Below, in pieces: positions 55,957 through 64,000 of a stretch of 64,000 nucleotides of DNA; the stretch's first letter is position 1, and each line of letters opens with the position of its first letter. The DNA is from an uncultured Candidatus Saccharibacteria bacterium (GTDB taxonomy: Bacteria; Patescibacteriota; Minisyncoccia; Phycocordibacterales; UBA12088): the NCBI GenBank assembly GCA_964411375.1, contig CAYPKR010000003.1:7237-71236 (forward strand), in the 5' to 3' direction. The notes beneath the pieces were generated by a model. It worked only from the letters and a program-made list of their open reading frames with translations. It was not told where the DNA came from and made no database searches. The position numbers and the translations under genes are program-made.

Positions 55957-57369
55957 ATGGCAACCTATCGCCCTACCATCGGACTCGAGATCCACGCAGA
56001 GCTTCGTACAAATACGAAGATGTTCTGCAACTCCAAAAATGACCCAGACGAGACTCGTCCGAACGTGAATATTTGCCCAGTCTGTATGGGGCATCCAGGG
56101 ACACTCCCGACGATCAATAAGGAGGCTGTAAAGCACGTCCTCAAGGTTGGACTCGCGCTCGGCGGAACTATTGCCGACTACACCGAATTTGATCGTAAAA
56201 ACTATTTCTACCCAGATATTCCAAAAGGCTATCAAATCAGCCAATACAAATATCCGCTTGTTGCCGGTGGGGAACTTGCGGGGATCTCGGTTACCCGAGT
56301 TCATCTCGAAGAAGATACTGCGCGCTCACAGCACGAAGGGGAAGGCAGTATCGTTGATTTCAATCGTGCAGGAGTTCCTTTGATGGAGCTGGTGACTGAA
56401 CCAGTTATTCATGACGCAGAGACTGCAGGAAAATTTGCAAAAGAATTACAACTCTTACTTCGAACACTTGGCGTTTCAAATGCCAACATGGAAAAAGGGG
56501 AAATGCGGGTCGAAGCAAATATCTCAATCTCGGCTAGCGAAGAATTCGGGACGAAAGTCGAGGTCAAAAACTTGAACTCCTTTAAGTCAGTCGAAAAGGC
56601 GATCGCGTACGAGCTGACTCGTCAGGCCGAGATCTTGGATAGGGGAGAAAAGGTGATTCAGGAAACGCGCGGTTGGGATGAAATCAAACAAGTAACATTT
56701 TCACAGCGTCTCAAAGAGACCAGTGAGGACTATCGATATTTTCCAGATCCTGATTTGCCAAAACTCATAATCTCAGAAGTGCCAGAATTTTCTGGAACAA
56801 ATCTTCGCGGAGAGATGCCGGAACTTCCGAATACAAAACGCGAACGCTACCAAAAAGAATTTGGACTGAAAGTTAGTGATATCGAAATATTTGTTACTGA
56901 TACAACGCTCGGAAACTTTTTTGAATCAACAATCGAAAAAATTTCTGACAAGAAAAATATTCAACTCGCGGCAAATTATATTACTTCCGACCTCGTCGGT
57001 CTTTTGAAGGGAAGTTCGGTCAAAGAATCAAAGTTAATTCCAGGTTCTTTTGCAGAACTAATCCAGATGAATGGTGAGGGGTTGCTATCATCGCGCGGCA
57101 CCAAAGACCTCCTTGCTGTCCTGGTCGCGGAAGGAGGCGAGCCAAGAGTCGTAGCTGAAGAAAGAGGACTCATTCAGGAAAATGATGAGGTGGCACTCCG
57201 GGGAGCAGTGGAGAAGGTGATAGCGGGGAATAGCGGGGCCGTAGAGGAGTTTAGAAATGGAAAAAAATCGTCGATTCAATTCCTCGTTGGACAAGTTATG
57301 AAAGAAACAAAAGGCTCGGCTAATCCAACTGCAGTCCAAAAGATACTCCGAGAAGTTCTCGGCAAGTAG
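55957..57369 (+). CDS. gatB: aspartyl/glutamyl-tRNA(Asn/Gln) amidotransferase subunit B
   Basis: PTIGLEIHAELRT, CPVCMGHPGTLP, GatB/YqeY C-terminal domain; 470 aa. Confidence 0.9.
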   Translation: MATYRPTIGLEIHAELRTNTKMFCNSKNDPDETRPNVNICPVCMGHPGTLPTINKEAVKHVLKVGLALGGTIADYTEFDRKNYFYPDIPKGYQISQYKYPLVAGGELAGISVTRVHLEEDTARSQHEGEGSIVDFNRAGVPLMELVTEPVIHDAETAGKFAKELQLLLRTLGVSNANMEKGEMRVEANISISASEEFGTKVEVKNLNSFKSVEKAIAYELTRQAEILDRGEKVIQETRGWDEIKQVTFSQRLKETSEDYRYFPDPDLPKLIISEVPEFSGTNLRGEMPELPNTKRERYQKEFGLKVSDIEIFVTDTTLGNFFESTIEKISDKKNIQLAANYITSDLVGLLKGSSVKESKLIPGSFAELIQMNGEGLLSSRGTKDLLAVLVAEGGEPRVVAEERGLIQENDEVALRGAVEKVIAGNSGAVEEFRNGKKSSIQFLVGQVMKETKGSANPTAVQKILREVLGK

Positions 57370-57387
57370 CTGGACGAAATAGGTAAT

Positions 57388-57420
57388 AAAAAGAATCTCG
57401 GCTAGCCGAGATTCTTTTTA
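57388..57420 (+). terminator. rho-independent terminator after gatB
   Basis: aaaaagaatctcggc-tag-ccgagattcttttt (stem about 13-15 bp plus T-run). Confidence 0.8.
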
Positions 57421-57712
57421 TTTAAAGGATATTTCAACGATTACTACCCTTGAGATTTAGGTACTCGCAAGACTATTAATGTCGAATTCCATGCCCTGCT
57501 CCCCTGTTTTACGACCCAGGATCTAGATGGTCGGGAAAGATAATGTATTTAAAAATAGAAAGCTAAATTAGCTCCGATTCGGAAGACTAGGGAACTCAAA
57601 CCTAAAACGACCAGCAATTAATTCTTTAAAGGGTTACTGATTTCTACTTGACCACAGATTTTTAATAAAATCGGCTAGCTCGATTTAACTAGTCTCGTGT
57701 AGAATAGCAGTA

Positions 57713-58546
57713 ATGGACGAACTCATAATTGGAGGAAAACAATATATCTCGTCAAGGCGAGCGGCTGAAATAACCGGCTATGCAAAAGACTATATCGGTC
57801 AACTTTGTCGGGGGAAACGTATCGAAGGGAAATTAGTCGGTCGTAATTGGTACGTTGAGCCGAGATCCCTACTCCATCTATCGGCAAAGAAAGGCAACAA
57901 CTCGCTTAGCGGAGATCAAGGCATCTCTCGTAGAGAAGAGGCTTCAAAAGGAGCAGAAATTCTCGCTGAGAGCACATTCGCGTATGAACCAGAAAATGTA
58001 GCATACGAAAACGACGAGTCTCCCTTAGTTCCTGTACTGAAAATAGCAAGGAAAGAAAGTGTGCAAGCTCAGGTCACTTCTACAGACACAGCTCTGGAGT
58101 CAGAAGAATTACCCAGTAACATAGCAATCGATTCTGCCGAGCAAAGGGAGTCTATTGATGAGCCTGTAAAGGTACGCAAGGTTTCAGTTAAGCCATCGGC
58201 TAATGCTGTCGATTTACGCATAATGGGACTTATAAGCGATACCAAGCGAAGGAAGCAAGAGACAGCGGAAAGAGTAGAGAGTCGCGCAGAGACAGAATTA
58301 CAAGCAGTTGAGAAGGTAGTTCAGCCTAAGGTCATAAAGAAGCGGGGGGTCTTTGTCCCAAAGCTATCTCTCGTTCCAGCCCTAAAATTTGCAGTAGTAA
58401 CAGCCAGTCTAATGTTTATACTAGGATCTGTTACAGACAGGACTCACGTTTACCCGAGTGGCAACAATCAGTACTCTATTTCTAGCGCTGCAAGCCTGAC
58501 TGCATCTGTCGAAGAGGGGATTAAAAATCTCGTTAAAACGAGATAA
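57713..58546 (+). CDS. membrane-anchored protein with N-terminal excisionase/MerR-like HTH_17 DNA-binding domain, charged linker and C-terminal TM helix
   Basis: YISSRRAAEITGYAKDYIGQLCRGKRIEGKLVGRNWYVEPRSL fits HTH_17 pattern (AAE..G.S...IY.L...G.L.A.KIGR.W.I...DLE.FL); TM at about aa 225-245. Confidence 0.6.
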   Translation: MDELIIGGKQYISSRRAAEITGYAKDYIGQLCRGKRIEGKLVGRNWYVEPRSLLHLSAKKGNNSLSGDQGISRREEASKGAEILAESTFAYEPENVAYENDESPLVPVLKIARKESVQAQVTSTDTALESEELPSNIAIDSAEQRESIDEPVKVRKVSVKPSANAVDLRIMGLISDTKRRKQETAERVESRAETELQAVEKVVQPKVIKKRGVFVPKLSLVPALKFAVVTASLMFILGSVTDRTHVYPSGNNQYSISSAASLTASVEEGIKNLVKTR

Positions 58547-58874
58547 TCTTATTTTAAAGCAAATAATGGGTACAAAAAGATTCCGTATCGCGGAGTCTTT
58601 TTTCTTGCATTAGGAATATTTGGGCTAGAAAGGAGGTAAATAAATATTTAGTCGGTGTTAGTAATCGAGGTAACCTATCCTCAGGAGGACAGAGGTTTGA
58701 TTCGAATGGATTCGTCGGATCATCGGAAAGTAAGGAATAGCGACTAGATGGGTGAGTCACTTCAAATTTCTTAAGATCTATCTTGTAGATAGAGGCGGTT
58801 GTTGCTGGAATCAGTCACAGATATTTGGAAGTAAGAATATCTATAATACGTTTTAAAATAAGATTATCTCGTTT
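58535..58874. repeat. 24-bp perfect inverted repeats (58535-58558 aaaacgagataatcttattttaaa / 58851-58874) flanking a 292-bp segment; candidate invertible promoter switch or MITE-like element
   Basis: IRs seen directly; left IR overlaps the stop codon of the upstream gene; consensus TATAAT at 58841-58846 oriented toward downstream genes lies just inside the right IR. Confidence 0.6.
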
Positions 58875-59102
58875 TGCCGAGATATATTTTTAAGCTAAAT
58901 AATTTTAAATAACCTATAACCGCCTTCAAATAATTTTTTGAGTCAATGCGAGTAAAATACCGTGGAAGCGATCCAATTGAGTCAAAAATCGATCTCAATA
59001 GGGAAATAAAGGCTAGATTTTGCTATTTTGAGGGGTTTTAGATCGGAAAGTTTCATTATTTCTATCCAAAATATTCTTTCTATCTTGATATATAGCCATC
59101 TT

Positions 59103-59868
59103 TTTTATTTTAAGAAAAAATAACCTCAAAAAAGATTCGTTGGAAGCTAAAAAAGTAACGAAAAAATCGAACCATCCGAGATTTTAGATTTGTTGAAAAA
59201 CCTAGTGATTCCGGATATCAAAGAAAGTCGATTTTATCCACAGAAATAGTTAGGTCGATGTCGATTTTATCTTGTAAAATATAAGTAATTCGTTCAAACG
59301 GATTAGCCATGAGCACTGTTCTTTTATTCGAAAATAGGGAATACATCGCATCTCGCGATGCAGCGCTCGATTCCGGGTATTCGCTTGATTACATTTCAAA
59401 ACTTTGTCGTTCAAAAAAATTGAACGCAAAGTTGATCGGAAAAAGTTGGTTTGTTGAAAAAGATTCGCTCGAACTTTTTCTTCAATTTTATTTTAAGAAA
59501 AAATAACCTCAAAAAAGATTCGTTGGAAGCTAAAAAAGTAACGAAAAAATCGAACCATCCGAGATTTTAGATTTGTTGAAAAACCTAGTGATTCCGGATA
59601 TCAAAGAAAGTCGATTTTATCCACAGAAATAGTTAGGTCGATGTCGATTTTATCTTGTAAAATATAAGTAATTCGTTCAAACGGATTAGCCATGAGCACT
59701 GTTCTTTTATTCGAAAATAGGGAATACATCGCATCTCGCGATGCAGCGCTCGATTCCGGGTATTCGCTTGATTACATTTCAAAACTTTGTCGTTCAAAAA
59801 AATTGAACGCAAAGTTGATCGGAAAAAGTTGGTTTGTTGAAAAAGATTCGCTCGAACTTTTTCTTCAA
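59103..59868. repeat. perfect tandem duplication, 2 x 383 bp (59103-59485 and 59486-59868)
   Basis: units identical on inspection; each contains promoter-like region, direct repeats GTCGATTTTATC x2, and first 59 codons of the HTH_17 gene. Confidence 0.9.
59309..59506 (+). pseudogene. truncated duplicate (65 aa) of N-terminal HTH_17 domain created by the 383-bp tandem duplication
   Basis: first 59 aa identical to gene 59692-60789, then 6 aa read into next repeat unit and stop. Confidence 0.5.
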
Positions 59869-60789
59869 TCACAAGAAAGAATCAAAATTGAAAATCAGAA
59901 GCGCCTTTCGCGTGAACGCCGCTCTGATTACCGCACCATTCGACTTCAGGAGAGTGTGGTCAAACTTCGAGAGAACATTTCAGAAACTGCATCGAATTCT
60001 GCCAAGGGAATTTTTTCACGTTTCCCTGCAATCGCCTCTACCCTCACTCTCGCAGTACTTCTCTATGCAGTCGTAAGCGGTACTATATCGATTTCGAACA
60101 TTTCAAATCGTGCACAGTCGGCACTTGCTGATGCGGCAAATACCATTGGTTTTATCGGTGATCTTGCGAGTCAAAATCAAACTGCATGGAATGCATTTAA
60201 TGCAAATATGCAGACTGCAATGATCGGTGTTTCAGAAGCGACAACTGATTTGCAAAAAAATATTGGATTTTTTGTAAACGAGATGAATCACGAGACAATG
60301 GTTAGTCACCGAGCAATTGGAGCATCAGCAAATACTGCAATCAGTGCGCTTACTACTACGGGTAAAAATATCGGATCGAACATCTACGCAGTGTTGCTTA
60401 CTCTCCATGACACTGCAATCGTATACGTGAATGGGCTCTGGGGTCACATGGCATTTGTCGCACCACAATCTCGAGAAATTTCTGAAGCACCAAAATCGAA
60501 TACGAACACAAATACAAACACGCCGACAACTGAAGATTCTGGCTCGCCGCAAGGAATGGTTGTGGTCCCATCGAACGGAACACCGAGTGCAGATGCCGAA
60601 CAAATTTCAAGAATTCAAAAGACGTTCTCTGACAAAGTTTCTGTGATACCGGCAGAAGACGGAGAAAGCGGAATTATTAGACCTGAATTTAAAGACACGA
60701 AAGGCAGTGATTATGTCTACGTGCTCGTTCCTGTTGGCGGCGGCGAACAAAATTCAGGAAGCGTAAATACTGGCGGTACGAAGCCATAA
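59692..60789 (+). CDS. membrane-anchored protein with N-terminal HTH_17 DNA-binding domain, one TM helix and about 230-aa extracytoplasmic C-terminal domain
   Basis: EYIASRDAALDSGYSLDYISKLCRSKKLNAKLIGKSWFVEKDSLELFL (HTH_17-like); TM FPAIASTLTLAVLLYAVVSG; paralogous N-domain to 57713-58546. Confidence 0.65.
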   Translation: MSTVLLFENREYIASRDAALDSGYSLDYISKLCRSKKLNAKLIGKSWFVEKDSLELFLQSQERIKIENQKRLSRERRSDYRTIRLQESVVKLRENISETASNSAKGIFSRFPAIASTLTLAVLLYAVVSGTISISNISNRAQSALADAANTIGFIGDLASQNQTAWNAFNANMQTAMIGVSEATTDLQKNIGFFVNEMNHETMVSHRAIGASANTAISALTTTGKNIGSNIYAVLLTLHDTAIVYVNGLWGHMAFVAPQSREISEAPKSNTNTNTNTPTTEDSGSPQGMVVVPSNGTPSADAEQISRIQKTFSDKVSVIPAEDGESGIIRPEFKDTKGSDYVYVLVPVGGGEQNSGSVNTGGTKP

Positions 60790-60806
60790 TTTTTGTTTGT
60801 TCCTGG

Positions 60807-60846
60807 TTTCCCACCACTTCTCTGGACGTGCGGTGGTGGGAAACTG
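60807..60846 (+). terminator. 11-bp hairpin tttcccaccac-(15 nt loop)-gtggtgggaaa after HTH_17 gene (no U-tract)
   Basis: seen in sequence. Confidence 0.3.
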
Positions 60847-60878
60847 GGCGGAAACGCACGGTACTAGGTCGAAAAAAT

Positions 60879-61817
60879 ATGTTCACACTGAATTCATCAC
60901 AACAGAAAAAAATTGCAGGAATTGCTCTTGGAGCACTTTCGATTTTCTTGGTGAATGGACTTAGTGCAATCGCAGCAGCACCGGAAGGCGCATTCATGGT
61001 GACACCGGCGAAAGTGGAAATCGACATCAATCCGGGAGAGACGGTGAGTCGAGACATCACGATCGAAAACAATACGGGAAGTGAAACAACATTTACGATG
61101 ACCGCAGAAAATATTTCAGGAACTCACAGTGGGAGTGAGACCGTCGTATTTTCAAATGCAACTGACACAGCATCATCGCTCAAAGAAAATATTTCGTTTG
61201 AAAAAAATACATTCACGATTGCAAACGGAGGAAAAATTTCACTTCCTGTTACGATCACCATTCCGCAAAACGCAGAACCATCGGGACGCTACGCGGCAGT
61301 GTTAGTTAAAGCGATTCCATCTGGATCAGCGAGCGGCGCATCAGTTGCATCGCAAATCGGCGTACTCTTTTTCGTACGCGTCGCAGGAGACACTGGTGCA
61401 AACGCAACGCTCAAAAAATTCGGGACAAAAAATGATGCATATCTGTTTGCAAATGCTGACGTGCCATTTCGAGTGACGTTTGAAAATACCGGAAACGTAC
61501 ACGTAAATCCGTATGGAAAAATCTGGATTCGAAATATGCTCGGACAAAAAGTTGGAGAAATTATTCTCGACCCATGGTTCGTGCTTCCAAATTCAGTACG
61601 CACACGTGACGCTGAGTGGAAAATGTCTGGCGCATTCGGCGTATACCGCGCAGTACTTGAAGTGAATCGCGGATACGAAAATATTGTTGAAAGCGCATCG
61701 GTCTCGTTTGTCGTGTTGCCGTGGTATGTTCTGCCAACCTTGCTTATTTTCCTCGGTGCAATTGTGTGGGTTCTGTCAGTTCGACAAGCACGCAAAAAAA
61801 CAGAGCAAACAATATGA
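60879..61817 (+). CDS. secreted cell-surface protein with signal peptide and C-terminal TM anchor + basic tail (DUF916/DUF3324-like architecture)
   Basis: N-terminal signal (IAGIALGALSIFLVNGLSAIAAA), C-terminal WYVLPTLLIFLGAIVWVLSVRQARKK; ATG 60879 preferred over upstream GTG. Confidence 0.5.
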   Translation: MFTLNSSQQKKIAGIALGALSIFLVNGLSAIAAAPEGAFMVTPAKVEIDINPGETVSRDITIENNTGSETTFTMTAENISGTHSGSETVVFSNATDTASSLKENISFEKNTFTIANGGKISLPVTITIPQNAEPSGRYAAVLVKAIPSGSASGASVASQIGVLFFVRVAGDTGANATLKKFGTKNDAYLFANADVPFRVTFENTGNVHVNPYGKIWIRNMLGQKVGEIILDPWFVLPNSVRTRDAEWKMSGAFGVYRAVLEVNRGYENIVESASVSFVVLPWYVLPTLLIFLGAIVWVLSVRQARKKTEQTI

Positions 61818-62560
61818 CGACTCGCAGAGTAAAAATCGCAGTCATGTTTGTACTTGGACTCGCACTCACTGCATCAGCAGACACCATGCAAAGTAGTAAC
61901 TATCGAATTCAGCAAGACAGCATGAACGCTGGTGGCGTTCGCTCAACTTCAGGAACCTACTCGATGGAAGATACCGTTGGCGAACAAGCAACTGGCTATT
62001 CAGGTAGCGCTTCGTACAACCTCAAAGCGGGATATCAGCAGATGGATAGCGTCGGATTAGCCCTGACTGGAGCCGCAAATGTGACGCTCTTGCCTGCACT
62101 TCAGACAACCGGCGGAGGAACTTCAACTGGTTCATTGCCACTTACTGCAACAACCGATAACACCACTGGCTACCAGATGTCGATCAAGGTTTCGAACAAT
62201 CCAGCGATGCAGTCGAATTCAGCATCGATTCCGAACTATGCACCAGTTGGGGCAGACCCTGATTTCGAATTCATTACACCAGTTGCCGCTGCAGCATTCG
62301 CTTTTTCTCCGGAGGGAACAGAGATTGTACAGAAATACAAAGATGACGGCACTGCATGCAATATCGGTACATTCGATACGACTGGCGCTTGTTGGAATTT
62401 GCTTTCAACGATTGACGATGTCATTGCAACGCGCGGAACGGCAAACAATCCTTTGGGAACAGTGACAACACTTAAATTCCAAGTTGCGGCAGATGCAGCG
62501 ACAACGCTTTCGGCCGGATCGTACATTGCAACAACTACCGTGACACTGATCGCACTCTAA
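61814..62560 (+). CDS. secreted Thr/Ser/Gly-rich beta-rich protein with signal peptide (WxL-like? single CWNL motif)
   Basis: signal peptide MTTRRVKIAVMFVLGLALTASA; start overlaps previous stop (ATGA). Confidence 0.55.
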   Translation: MTTRRVKIAVMFVLGLALTASADTMQSSNYRIQQDSMNAGGVRSTSGTYSMEDTVGEQATGYSGSASYNLKAGYQQMDSVGLALTGAANVTLLPALQTTGGGTSTGSLPLTATTDNTTGYQMSIKVSNNPAMQSNSASIPNYAPVGADPDFEFITPVAAAAFAFSPEGTEIVQKYKDDGTACNIGTFDTTGACWNLLSTIDDVIATRGTANNPLGTVTTLKFQVAADAATTLSAGSYIATTTVTLIAL

Positions 62561-62564
62561 TCGT

Positions 62565-63905
62565 ATGCGAACGTTTCTCTCACTCATCTTCCTCGCAACA
62601 TTCATGGCACTTCCACTCCTCACTCTTCGCGCAGCTGAAACCGGAACCTTCACGGTCGGTCTTTCGGTTACTGCACCAACTGGAGGTAGTACGACTGGCA
62701 CGACAGGAACAGGGACGACTGGGGGAACAACGGGAGGAAACGGCGCACCACCAGAACATCAGCTTCCAAAAATTCTAAACGTGATCGTAACTCCTGATAT
62801 TCATTCATCACTCATCACGTATACGACTGATCCACATGCACTTGGTTCGATTCAATATGGAAAAACAATCGACTACGAGGCAGGAACCATTTCTGAATCC
62901 TTCTATGTCACGAGTCACGCGACACAAATTTCTGGACTTGAAGCAGATACACTCTACTACTTCAAAATTTCAGTCATTGATGGGTTTGGTGGAATCGCTA
63001 CATATATAGGTACGTTCCACACCACCGAAGTCGCGACAACTCCAACTCCAGTTACTCCGGCAAACCCAACAACATTCACTGCAACGCCGCACGCAAAAGA
63101 GATTGATCTTAATTGGATTACTCCGGGCGTCGTAAATCCAGAAGTGCGCATCATGAAATCAGATTCGTTCTATCCGAATGATCCAAGTGACGGCACACTT
63201 CTTTTTGAAGGATACGGTAATTCATTTCCTGATACCGATGTTGTCCCTGGAAAAACCTACTACTACACGCTCTTCGTAAAACAGGGAGACGAATATTCTT
63301 CCGGAGTTATTGCAAAAGCAACCGTTCCAAATGTTGGTGTTGAACCACTTCCACCTTCTTCAAATCCGTTCGAAGGATTGCCAACCTCATCAAACATCGA
63401 TCCAAAAATTCAATCGCTCACGCTTGAAGATTTCCTCTTCATTCAAGATGGAAAAATTCTTTCTTCGCATAACGGACAGATCAACATCGATGGAGAAAAG
63501 AATTTGACCGTTATCTTGCCGTACGATCGCGTGCCGGAAATCTTGAAGACCATCGGTATCACACTCCACGACCCAGAAGATCCTGCAAAAACATTCACGT
63601 TCTTGCTTCGAGTGAATGAAGATAAAAGCGGATATGTTGCAACAATCGCCCCACTTGGTCGCTCAGGAATCTACAATCTCGCGATCATCATCCTCGACTA
63701 CAAAAATCAAGGACTCAAGGAACTCAAAGGTGCGCTTCTTGCCGAAGTACAAACTGCGCTCCCAATAGTCGGCGGACTCCTTGGCCGAATTTCAAACCTA
63801 CTTGATTGCCCACCGTTCTTCCTCGCTATTTTCCTTTCGGTCATTTTGGCAGGCGCGCTACCACGTCGCCGCAAAGACCATGGGGTAATCGCCGCTTCTG
63901 CCTGA
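62565..63905 (+). CDS. surface protein with signal peptide, TG-rich linker, fibronectin type III-like domains and C-terminal TM anchor
   Basis: ISGLEADTLYYFKISV and VVPGKTYYYTLFV FN3-like strands; C-terminal PFFLAIFLSVILAGALPRRRK anchor. Confidence 0.6.
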   Translation: MRTFLSLIFLATFMALPLLTLRAAETGTFTVGLSVTAPTGGSTTGTTGTGTTGGTTGGNGAPPEHQLPKILNVIVTPDIHSSLITYTTDPHALGSIQYGKTIDYEAGTISESFYVTSHATQISGLEADTLYYFKISVIDGFGGIATYIGTFHTTEVATTPTPVTPANPTTFTATPHAKEIDLNWITPGVVNPEVRIMKSDSFYPNDPSDGTLLFEGYGNSFPDTDVVPGKTYYYTLFVKQGDEYSSGVIAKATVPNVGVEPLPPSSNPFEGLPTSSNIDPKIQSLTLEDFLFIQDGKILSSHNGQINIDGEKNLTVILPYDRVPEILKTIGITLHDPEDPAKTFTFLLRVNEDKSGYVATIAPLGRSGIYNLAIIILDYKNQGLKELKGALLAEVQTALPIVGGLLGRISNLLDCPPFFLAIFLSVILAGALPRRRKDHGVIAASA

Positions 63906-63914
63906 TACATATAT

Positions 63915-64000
63915 ATGTACGTTTCGACGACAATCTCATTTTTGAAAAAGATACTTGCAGGCGCGGGCATGTTGCTCTTGCTTGCGTTGCCACTTCTTTC
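63915..64000 (+). CDS. 5' end of another secreted/membrane protein (partial, runs off window)
   Basis: MYVSTTISFLKKILAGAGMLLLLALPLL signal-peptide-like start. Confidence 0.3.
   Translation, partial: MYVSTTISFLKKILAGAGMLLLLALPLL

Noticed and set aside
57426-57712. Possible tRNA/small RNA in the 290-bp gap after gatB
   Set aside because: Scanned both strands for T-loop (GTTCRANTC) and acceptor-stem geometry and found none. Only a weak -10 TAGAAT near 57700 was noted.
58554-58760. 68-aa minus-strand ORF inside the IR-flanked 292-bp segment
   Set aside because: No start context or domain. The region is better explained as regulatory or invertible DNA. It could merit re-evaluation if the segment proves to invert.
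1-64000. CRISPR arrays, rRNA, tRNA, transposases/integrases
   Set aside because: No short regularly spaced direct repeats, no rRNA/tRNA-like conserved blocks, and no transposase or recombinase-like ORF were recognised anywhere in the window.

Overview
This 64-kb window looks like a low-SD, compact bacterial genome, possibly an uncultivated CPR/Patescibacteria-like lineage; that placement is inferred from gene content and architecture only. GC is about 50%. In order, the content is:

(i) A split peptidoglycan-precursor gene set: murI, murD and murC, with murB lying about 45 kb away. A fasciclin protein and an HTTM/DCC-fusion membrane protein sit next to them.

(ii) rsmI, a VirD4/TraG-like P-loop ATPase, and a lamin-tail/PKD surface protein.

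(iii) A roughly 38-kb surface-glycan biosynthesis island (about 11.2-49.0 kb). It holds at least 7 GT4/GT-B glycosyltransferases, 3 GT2 enzymes (GtrA/GtrB pair, DPM1-like), two AsnB-type amidotransferases, two compact UDP-sugar dehydrogenase-like genes, three UXS/epimerase-type SDRs, five SAM methyltransferases including a sugar C-methyltransferase, an FdtA/WxcM-like cupin, a PhyH-like Fe/2OG oxygenase, a KdsB-like CMP-sugar synthetase, two paralogous polytopic membrane proteins, a Wzx flippase and an O-antigen-ligase/TPR protein.

(iv) Housekeeping genes secA, obg, gatB, two NUDIX genes and a DUF360/holin-like gene.

(v) An accessory surface locus (57.7-64 kb). It holds membrane-anchored HTH_17-domain proteins, a 24-bp inverted-repeat-flanked 292-bp segment (candidate invertible switch), a perfect 383-bp tandem duplication, and three secreted or anchored surface proteins.

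Other features noticed: two GC-rich structured non-coding regions of unknown function; several strong rho-independent terminators; -10-like hexamers sitting 6-12 bp upstream of many start codons, suggesting leaderless mRNAs; a 20-aa Lys-rich micro-ORF with promoter-like and terminator context upstream of secA; and two nested-palindrome elements.

No rRNA, tRNA, CRISPR array or transposase was recognised.
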